Part shown: positions 36,279 to 43,582 of the stretch, piece after piece
Layout of the letters: every line of letters begins with the position of its first letter
Numbering within the stretch: position 1 is the stretch's first letter
Assembly: GCA_965203435.1 (NCBI GenBank)
Contig: CBDBCU010000003.1
Span: 74,918-138,917 of the forward strand
Source of the DNA: Dehalococcoidia bacterium
Lineage (GTDB): Bacteria; Chloroflexota; Dehalococcoidia; Lucifugimonadales; UBA3495
Direction of reading: 5' to 3'
DNA length: 64,000 bases
Made by a program: the position numbers and the translations under genes
The notes under the pieces: generated by a model
The model's input: the letters and a program-made list of their open reading frames with translations, nothing else
The model's database searches: none
Told to the model about the DNA's origin: nothing

Positions 36279-37534
36279 CCCAAAACTCCCGCGGCAAACA
36301 GCGTACCCAAGTCAACTTGCCCTTGCCAGTCCCGGAGCATCGGATGCTCCGAGCCCAGGACAATGTCGGTCGCGCCGTCGGCGCTCTTGGCAAAGCACAG
36401 CACATCATCCGCATGGGCATTGTTTAACACCACCGGGGAATGGGTCGCCAGCAGCACTTGGGAATGGTACATTGCGGAAAGGGAAGCGTATGCGGTAGCT
36501 ACCGCCGACGGATGTATCCCATTCTCCGGCTCCTCAATCAGGTAGATGCCTTGATGACCGGTTAGGTAGGCCGGCAGGGTAAGGCCGGTAAGCCGGAGGG
36601 TGCCGTCGGAAACCAACCAGGAAGGCACCGTCATTCCGCCGGCATACTGGTACAGCATATAGCAGTGCCGATCCTCCGGGCGCTCAAAGGTAACAATATC
36701 CTCCAAGTCGGGCAGAGCCGTCCGCAGATGGGCGACCCAATTCCGGTGTCGTTCCGGGGATTCTTTCCGGAGACGGTCGACCACCCAGGGCAGATTAGAG
36801 CCGTCGGGCAAGAATCCTGAAATTCTGGTAGGCGGGCTCGGACGGCGGAGCTCACGGCTGTTGAGAAAAAACTGCTGCACCCCGTCCGTCAGGTATTCCC
36901 GGAACCAGGTAGCCACCGGAAAGTTGGTTTCATCCTCCGGCAAGTTGCCCAAGGCCGACCGGCGCGGCCCCAAGCGGATAGCCGGTACCCACCCGCCGGC
37001 AGAGCGCTTGTAGGTTTCGCTGTAGAAATTGTCGTTGCCGCCGGGCAGTTTGTTCAGTACGACCTTGTTTTTAGGCCCGTGAATGCCGGCCTGCAAGGTG
37101 GTCGGGGCTGGGGGCGGCATGGGGAAAATAGCGCGCTGCTGCGGTTTCAACGCCGTCGCCTTATGCAACAGAAGCGTTTCCGCCTTGAACTCAAAAGCTC
37201 CCTGCGCCGCGTCGGGGCCGATAGCTACCTGGTATCGGATGAGGTCCAAGTCCGGCCGAAAGGTGCGCTCGCGCAACTCCTCCGGGATCTGCGCCTCTAC
37301 CGACAGCTCAAAACTCTTGCCCCGGCCCTGAAAGAGCAGTTGCTGCGGGTCGGGGGTACGGGATTCCATGGCTGAGTCCAAGCCCCCGGACACCAGGTCG
37401 CGCAGAAACCCGATAACATCCAGAAAGGTGGTTTTGCCCGAGGCGTTAGGCCCGACCAGGATATGAAAGGGCTTCAGCGGCCGATGCATATACCGCAAGC
37501 AACGATAGTTCAGGGCTTCGACCAAGGTAATCAT
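36275..37534 (-). CDS. ABC/SMC-like AAA ATPase (AAA_21-type)
   Basis: Walker A GPNASGKTT, signature-like SDGTLRL, Walker B/D-loop IYLIEEPENGIHP and H-loop LATHSP, with a long insertion between Walker A and the signature motif. Confidence 0.75.
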   Translation of the reverse strand: MITLVEALNYRCLRYMHRPLKPFHILVGPNASGKTTFLDVIGFLRDLVSGGLDSAMESRTPDPQQLLFQGRGKSFELSVEAQIPEELRERTFRPDLDLIRYQVAIGPDAAQGAFEFKAETLLLHKATALKPQQRAIFPMPPPAPTTLQAGIHGPKNKVVLNKLPGGNDNFYSETYKRSAGGWVPAIRLGPRRSALGNLPEDETNFPVATWFREYLTDGVQQFFLNSRELRRPSPPTRISGFLPDGSNLPWVVDRLRKESPERHRNWVAHLRTALPDLEDIVTFERPEDRHCYMLYQYAGGMTVPSWLVSDGTLRLTGLTLPAYLTGHQGIYLIEEPENGIHPSAVATAYASLSAMYHSQVLLATHSPVVLNNAHADDVLCFAKSADGATDIVLGSEHPMLRDWQGQVDLGTLFAAGVLG

Positions 37535-37575
37535 CCGACTGCTCCGGCGCGCAAGGCGGCGCTGATTTAGCCTGC

Positions 37576-38616
37576 CTACCCCACCAATCCCCGCGCCGTT
37601 TTTACTACCCGCGCCGCGTTGGGCAGGTAGGTGTCCTCCAGGGGGCGGCTGTAGGGAACTGGCGTGTGGGGAGCCGTTACCCGGGATGGGGGGGCGTCCA
37701 GGTAGTCAAAGGCTTCCTCGGCCACCCGGGCGCAGATGTCCGCGGCCAGGCTGCATACCGGCGTATCCTCGTCCACCACTACCAAGCGGTGGGTGCGCCG
37801 CACCGAGTCGATAATCAGGTCGTAGTCAATGGGGGAAACGCTGAGCAAATCCACTACTTCGGCATTCACTCCCGTCTTAGCCAATTCCTCGGCCGCTTCG
37901 GTGCAAACCCAGGTCATCTTGGAAATGCCCACCAGGGTCAGGTCGGAGCCGGGGCGGACGGTGCGGGCCTTGCCCAAGGGCAGGGCGTAGGGTTCCTCCG
38001 GCACCGGGCCGGTGTTGCCGTACAGCCCCTTATGCTCAAAATAGACCACCGGGTCATCGTCCCGAATGGCGGCGGTCAGCAGTCCTTTGGCGGTGTAGGG
38101 ATCCGAGGGAACCACCCCTTTCAGGCCGGGAATGTGGCTGAAAATGGAATAGAAGGATTCCGAGTGCTGGGCGGCGCTGCCAAAGCCGGCCCCGATGCGG
38201 GTCAGCAGGGTAAAAGGCACTTTTACCTGGCCGCCGAACATATAGCGCATCTTGGCGGCGTTGTTCAGCAGCTGATCCATACAGACGCCGACGAAATCCA
38301 CGAACATCAGCTCGGCTACGGCCCGCATCCCGGTGGAGGCGGCGCCAATGGCCGTGCCGACAAAGGCGGCCTCGGACAGCGGCGTATCCAAGACCCGCTG
38401 ATTGCCGAACTGCTGAATCAAGCCCACGGTGGTGCGGAAGGGACCGCCCCAGGCGTCGACGATGCCCAGGTGTTCCCGGCCGGCGCCGCCGGCGATTTCC
38501 TCGCCCATAATGATGACGGTTTCATCCCGCTCCATTTCCTGGCGCAGGGCTTCGTTGATGGCTTCCCGATACCGCAGTTCCCGGTCGGTAGCCGGCAGCA
38601 TTGCCGTGGTGGTCAT
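37576..38616 (-). CDS. 2-oxoacid (pyruvate/acetoin) dehydrogenase E1 component beta subunit
   Basis: 346 aa with EAINEALRQEMERDETVIIMGEEI and the FRTTVGL..FG..RVLDTPLSE transketolase-like pyrimidine-binding domain. Confidence 0.88.
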   Translation of the reverse strand: MTTTAMLPATDRELRYREAINEALRQEMERDETVIIMGEEIAGGAGREHLGIVDAWGGPFRTTVGLIQQFGNQRVLDTPLSEAAFVGTAIGAASTGMRAVAELMFVDFVGVCMDQLLNNAAKMRYMFGGQVKVPFTLLTRIGAGFGSAAQHSESFYSIFSHIPGLKGVVPSDPYTAKGLLTAAIRDDDPVVYFEHKGLYGNTGPVPEEPYALPLGKARTVRPGSDLTLVGISKMTWVCTEAAEELAKTGVNAEVVDLLSVSPIDYDLIIDSVRRTHRLVVVDEDTPVCSLAADICARVAEEAFDYLDAPPSRVTAPHTPVPYSRPLEDTYLPNAARVVKTARGLVG

Positions 38617-38690
38617 ACTTCGTTCCTCGCGTTAAAGGATGCCGGTTATTTCCGGGCAAGGGTTAGCCCGGAAAGTCCCGTTGGCAACCC

Positions 38691-38718
38691 GGGATTCCCG
38701 CTTTCGCGGGAAGGACGG
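38691..38718. repeat. Family B hairpin unit, solo degenerate copy
   Basis: gggattcccgctttcgcgggaaggacgg differs from the 25504 unit at 2 positions. It lies between the E1 alpha and beta genes. Confidence 0.7.
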
Positions 38719-38764
38719 TTAAAGGCCGGGCCGGATTTCCACATTAAAGGCCGGGCGGAGCGGG

Positions 38765-39772
38765 CTAAATTTCCAGGTTGACGCCCCGGGCCATCATGGC
38801 CACCGGGTAATCCACATAAACATCATCGTAGAGTTCCGCCGGCTGGGGCAGGGGGCTTTCGTCGGCGAACTGGATGGCCTGTTCCATCAGTTCCTGGGCT
38901 TCCAGGTCCATAAAGTCCAGTTCATCGGCGGCGATCAGGCCGCCGGGCAAGACCTTTTCCCGGAACACCTTGAGGGGATCGCGGCCGCGCCAGTAATCCT
39001 GCTCCTCCTGAGTGCGATAGCTCAGCGGATTGTCAAAGACGGTGTGGCCGTAGTAGCGGTAGGTGCGACATTCCAGCAGGGAAGGCCCCAAGCCGGCCCG
39101 GGCCCGCTGCACCGCCTGGCCGGCGGCCTCGAAAACATCGAAAACATCCATCCCGTCCACGTGGACGCCGGGCATATCGTAGCCGGCGGCCCGGTCAGCC
39201 ACCCGAGCCGTGGACAAGGCGTATTCCACCGGAGTGGATTCGGCATAGCCGTTGTTTTCGCAGCAGAAAATCACCGGCAGTTTCCAGACGGAAGCCAGGT
39301 TCATACATTCGTGCAGGACGCCCTGATTGGCCCCGCCGTCGCCAAAGAAAGCTACGGCGACCCGCCCCAAGCCGCGCAGCTTGGAAGTGAGAGCCGCCCC
39401 CACGGCCAAAGGCACGCTGGCGGCCACTACGCCGTTCGTGCCCAGCATCCCCTTGCTCATATCGGCGATGTGCATGGAACCGCCCTTGCCCTTGTTGGGG
39501 CCGGTGGCCCGGCCGAAAAGCTCGGCCATCATCAGCTTGGGGTCGACGCCCTTGGCGATGCAATGGCCGTGGCCGCGGTGGGTGCTGCCGATGTAGTCGG
39601 CCTCGGTCAAGTGGGCGCAAACGCCGGTCGGCACGGCTTCCTGGCCGGCCGAGGAATGGACGGAGCCGGACATCCCCCGCTGGCCGGTTTCCGGGATGCC
39701 CCGTTCCTCAAAATGGCGAATGGTGGTCATGGTGCGGTACAGGCTCAGCAGCGTATCCCGGTTCAGTTCCAT
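38765..39772 (-). CDS. 2-oxoacid (pyruvate/acetoin) dehydrogenase E1 component alpha subunit
   Basis: ThDP motif GDGGANQGVLHECMNLASVWKLPVIFCCENN. The start is taken at MELNRDTLLSLYRTM (ATG 39772, GGGGGA upstream). The ORF-track start at 40132 would overlap mutS. Confidence 0.85.
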   Translation of the reverse strand: MELNRDTLLSLYRTMTTIRHFEERGIPETGQRGMSGSVHSSAGQEAVPTGVCAHLTEADYIGSTHRGHGHCIAKGVDPKLMMAELFGRATGPNKGKGGSMHIADMSKGMLGTNGVVAASVPLAVGAALTSKLRGLGRVAVAFFGDGGANQGVLHECMNLASVWKLPVIFCCENNGYAESTPVEYALSTARVADRAAGYDMPGVHVDGMDVFDVFEAAGQAVQRARAGLGPSLLECRTYRYYGHTVFDNPLSYRTQEEQDYWRGRDPLKVFREKVLPGGLIAADELDFMDLEAQELMEQAIQFADESPLPQPAELYDDVYVDYPVAMMARGVNLEI

Positions 39773-39900
39773 AGTCGTCCCCCGGCCGGCGGCGGCCGGC
39801 ATATTGTCCGCCGCGGGCAAAGCAGTTTCCCCCATAGTAGCACGGCGGCAAGATATGTCAATAGCGGCGGCGCGGCCGACAAGGACACGGGTAAAAAGCC

Positions 39901-42564
39901 TTATCCGCCGCCCTGCCGCGCCTTTTCCTGCAATTCGTACAATTTGTTGATGGCTTCCAAGGGCGTCAGGTTGGGGATGTCCAGGGACAGCACCGCATCG
40001 GTCAAGGGTTGGGCCGGCGGCAAGAGGGCGATTTGCAAGGCGGCGGCGGCCGGGGCGGATCGGCCGCCTTTGCCTTTGCCGGCGGCCCGGCCGGGCAAGG
40101 CGCCCTTTTCCAGTTCGGCCAGCACTTCCCAAGCCCGGCTGACTACCGCCCGGGGCAGGCCGGCCAATTGCGCCACATGGACGCCGTAGCTGCGGTCAGC
40201 CCCGCCGGGGACAATGCGATGCAGAAAAACCACCCGGACCTCCTCCTCCGTTACCGCCACGCTGAAATTGCGGACGCCGGGCAAAGTCTGGGCCAATTCG
40301 GTAAGTTCATGGTAGTGGGTGGCAAAAAGGGATTTGCAGCCCAGGCGCGGGTCATTGTGCAGGTGTTCGATCACCGACCGGGCAATGGAAAGGCCATCAT
40401 AGGTGCTGGTGCCGCGGCCGATTTCGTCCAGAACGACTAGGGAGCGCGGCGTGGCCTGGTTCAGGATGGCCGCCGTTTCCTCCATTTCCACCATAAAAGT
40501 GGACTGGCCGGTGGTTAAATCGTCCTGCAAACCCACCCGGGTGAAAATCCGATCCACTAACCCGATTTCCGCCGCCGCCGCCGGCACAAAGCTGCCCGTT
40601 TGCGCCATTAGCACAATAATGGCGGCCTGGCGGATGTAGGTGGACTTGCCGGCCATATTGGGGCCGGTGAGCAGGATGATCCGGGCGTCATTTTTATCCA
40701 GCTGCAAGTCGTTGGGAACATACGACCCGGGACCCAAAGTGCGCTCGACGACCGGATGGCGGCCGTCCCGGATGCTGATCGCCGGGCCGTCGTTCAACCG
40801 GGGCCGCACATAATCATAGCGGACGGCAACCTCGGCCAGGGCGGCAAAGACATCCAGGGCGGCTATGCCGGCGGCCAGCCGTCCGATGGGTTCGGCATAG
40901 CCGCCCAACTGACTGCACACCTGGCGGAATAGGGAGCGTTCCAATTCCTGAATCCGCTCCCGGGAGTTCAGCACCAGGGATTCGTACTCTTTCAGTTCGG
41001 GAACGATATAACGCTCGCCGTTGGTCAAGGTCTGGCGGCGGATGTAGTCGTCCGGCACTTGGCGCAGGTTGGTTTTGCTGACTTCGATATAGTAGCCGAA
41101 AACCTGATTGTAGCCGACGCGCAGATTGCGGATGCCGGTGCGCGCCCGTTCCCGGGTTTCCAGGCCGGCGATAAAGCCCCGAGCATCTCTAGCGGCGGTC
41201 TTGAGTTCATCCAGTTCCGGGGAAAAGCCTTCGCGGATGATGTTGCCCTCGCCAACGCTGCCGGCCGGCTCCGGGGCGATGGCATCGGCAATCAACGCCG
41301 CCGGTTCCGGCGTCGGGGCCAGTTGGCGGGAAAGCCAGGCAACCGGTTCCGCCGCCGCCGCATCATCCTCCGCCGCCAGAGTCGCCGCCAGGGGTTCGGC
41401 GGCTTCGAGGCCGGCTTTCAAGGCGGTCAAATCCCGGGGGATGGCGGTGCCGGCCTGCACCCGGCCCAAGATGCGCTCCAAGTCGGCAATGTTGCTCAAA
41501 AGGGCGCGGGCCGCGCTGCGGCGAAAGGCATCGGCAAAGAAATGCTCGACAGCATCCAACCGCCGCTCCAGTTCTGCCCGTTCCAGCAATGGCTGCCCCA
41601 GCCAGCGGCGCAGAAGGCGGCCGCCCATAGCGGTGCGGGTGTCATCCAAGGCGGTCAATAGGGAAAACTGGCGGCTTTCCCAGCGGCCGGCGGTGAACAG
41701 TTCCAAGTTGCGGCGGGTTTGAGCGTCCAGGGTCATATAGCCGGCGGTGGAATAGACGCTCAGCGGGGCCAGCCGGGGTTTGATGGCTTTGTAGGTCTGA
41801 CCCAGGTAGTCCACAATAGCCCCGGCGGCCCGGGTAGCCAGCGGCCGGTCGACGCAGCCAAAGGATTCCAGGGAGCGGATGGCGTAGTGGGTCAGCAGGG
41901 CGTCCCGGGCCAAATCCAGGTCAAAGGTAGCCGGATTCAGCCGGGTCAAAGGATAGCCGGAGGGATCCGCGGTTTCCGGGGATTCCGGCACGGACGGGTA
42001 GCCGCTGCCGCCGTTGCCGCCGGCCCAGGAGGGCGGAGTATCGGTGGCTGGAATCAGGATTTCCGCGGGGGCAATGCGTTCCAGTTCCGGAAGCAGCTTT
42101 TCCGGAGGCAGTTCCGTGGCGGAGAATTCTCCGGTGGTTATGTCCACATAGGCAAAGCCGATAGCGGCATCAGACTCGACCACGGCCGCCAGATAGTTGT
42201 TGGCTTTCTGTTCCAGGAGGGCGGTTTCCAGGACGGTGCCGGGCGTAACCACCCGCACCACATCCCGCTCCACCAAGCCTTTAGACAAGGCCGGATCGGT
42301 AAGCTGTTCGCAGATGGCTACCTTGTGGCCCTTTTTAATCAGGCGGGCCAGGTAGGATTCCAGGGCGTGGGCCGGGACGCCGGCCATCGGGACTTTCAGA
42401 CCCTTGCCCAAGGTGCGGGAAGTAAGGGTAATTTCCAGTTCCCGAGCCGCCAAGTGGGCGTCATCGTCGAAAGTTTCGTAAAAGTCGCCCAGCCGGAACA
42501 GCACCAAAGCGTCCGGATAGGAATGTTTGATTTTCAGGTACTGGCGGCGTACCGGCGTTACCAT
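39901..42564 (-). CDS. mutS: DNA mismatch repair protein MutS
   Basis: TPVRRQYLKIKHSYPDALVLFRLGDFYETF, Walker A GPNMAGKST, STFMVEMEE and DEIGRGTSTYDG. Confidence 0.95.
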   Translation of the reverse strand: MVTPVRRQYLKIKHSYPDALVLFRLGDFYETFDDDAHLAARELEITLTSRTLGKGLKVPMAGVPAHALESYLARLIKKGHKVAICEQLTDPALSKGLVERDVVRVVTPGTVLETALLEQKANNYLAAVVESDAAIGFAYVDITTGEFSATELPPEKLLPELERIAPAEILIPATDTPPSWAGGNGGSGYPSVPESPETADPSGYPLTRLNPATFDLDLARDALLTHYAIRSLESFGCVDRPLATRAAGAIVDYLGQTYKAIKPRLAPLSVYSTAGYMTLDAQTRRNLELFTAGRWESRQFSLLTALDDTRTAMGGRLLRRWLGQPLLERAELERRLDAVEHFFADAFRRSAARALLSNIADLERILGRVQAGTAIPRDLTALKAGLEAAEPLAATLAAEDDAAAAEPVAWLSRQLAPTPEPAALIADAIAPEPAGSVGEGNIIREGFSPELDELKTAARDARGFIAGLETRERARTGIRNLRVGYNQVFGYYIEVSKTNLRQVPDDYIRRQTLTNGERYIVPELKEYESLVLNSRERIQELERSLFRQVCSQLGGYAEPIGRLAAGIAALDVFAALAEVAVRYDYVRPRLNDGPAISIRDGRHPVVERTLGPGSYVPNDLQLDKNDARIILLTGPNMAGKSTYIRQAAIIVLMAQTGSFVPAAAAEIGLVDRIFTRVGLQDDLTTGQSTFMVEMEETAAILNQATPRSLVVLDEIGRGTSTYDGLSIARSVIEHLHNDPRLGCKSLFATHYHELTELAQTLPGVRNFSVAVTEEEVRVVFLHRIVPGGADRSYGVHVAQLAGLPRAVVSRAWEVLAELEKGALPGRAAGKGKGGRSAPAAAALQIALLPPAQPLTDAVLSLDIPNLTPLEAINKLYELQEKARQGGG

Positions 42565-42731
42565 TATCCCACCGCCCCGGGCCGAAATGCGGCCGCCCCC
42601 GGCCGGGTATCCACGACCATTCTACCCTAACCGGGGGCGGAATAACCCCAGGCAAAGCCGGCGGGTTTCATCCGATTAGGGGCTATGGCCCGGCAACAGA
42701 TGCAGGATGATACCCTACCGCCGGCCGCCGG

Positions 42732-43499
42732 CTATTCTTTCCAGAACCGTTCCTCTTTGAACTGCCAGCCTTGGGGGGTGACCAGATCCTTGACGCCGGC
42801 AATCATCCCGGGATGGCCGCAGGTATAGACCATCGTGTCCTCCTGGGGCAGATTGAACGCGGCCAGGTAATGCTCGACCAGATTGTTGAGGCGGCCTTTG
42901 GCTCCCGTCCAGCCGGCGTTGCGTTCCTCGTTGGGCCGGCTGATGGCGGGGATGAACTTGACGCATTCCGGGTGGTTAGCGGCCAGTTCCGCCAATTCCG
43001 CATCGTAAGTCAGTTCATCCTGATAGCTGGCCCCCAGCAGCACATAGAAATAATGGCCCTGGCCGCCCTGACGCAGGTATTCCCGGATGATGCTGAGGTA
43101 GGGGCCGACGCCGGTTACCGTCGCCAGCATCAAGTGATGATGCACCTTTTCGTTCAGGGTAAAGATGCCCTTGGCCCGGGGGCGCAGGGACATGGTATCG
43201 CCCACCTGCATCCGCCACATCTTGGGGGTAAGCTCCCCCTCCGGCACCAGCTCGACGAAAATTTCCAGTTCCCCCTCATAGGGGGCGGAGACGATGGAAT
43301 AGGCCCGTTCCACTCCCTCTTTGCCCAGGGTGCAATACTGGCCCGGCTTAAAGCGGAAGGGTCCATCCGGGGGGGCCAGCTTAATCACCATCAGGTCGTC
43401 GGTGATGTCCCGGCGGTACACCAGTTCGGCCTGGGGCAGGCGGTCGGTGCGATATTGGGGGCGGTCTTGGGTGGCCGCCGTGTCGCCGCTGGTGGTCAT
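42732..43499 (-). CDS. Ferredoxin--NADP(+) reductase-type flavoprotein
   Basis: RAYSIVS FAD-binding motif, GTGVGPY NAD(P)-binding motif, 255 aa. It is the last gene of the NuoE/F/FdhA-like operon. Confidence 0.8.
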   Translation of the reverse strand: MTTSGDTAATQDRPQYRTDRLPQAELVYRRDITDDLMVIKLAPPDGPFRFKPGQYCTLGKEGVERAYSIVSAPYEGELEIFVELVPEGELTPKMWRMQVGDTMSLRPRAKGIFTLNEKVHHHLMLATVTGVGPYLSIIREYLRQGGQGHYFYVLLGASYQDELTYDAELAELAANHPECVKFIPAISRPNEERNAGWTGAKGRLNNLVEHYLAAFNLPQEDTMVYTCGHPGMIAGVKDLVTPQGWQFKEERFWKE

Positions 43500-43582
43500 T
43501 TTTCTCTCCTCAGTAGGTTTAGGGCAAAGTTGCCGCTCAGGATGTTGCCGGCGCCGGGATAGTCCCGGGGCCGGTTAAGGAT

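Noticed and set aside
38765-40132. 455-aa form of the E1 alpha ORF as given by the ORF track
   Set aside because: The first ~120 residues are Arg/Gly/Pro-rich, have no homology pattern and would overlap the 3' end of mutS. The family-typical N-terminus begins at the ATG at 39772.
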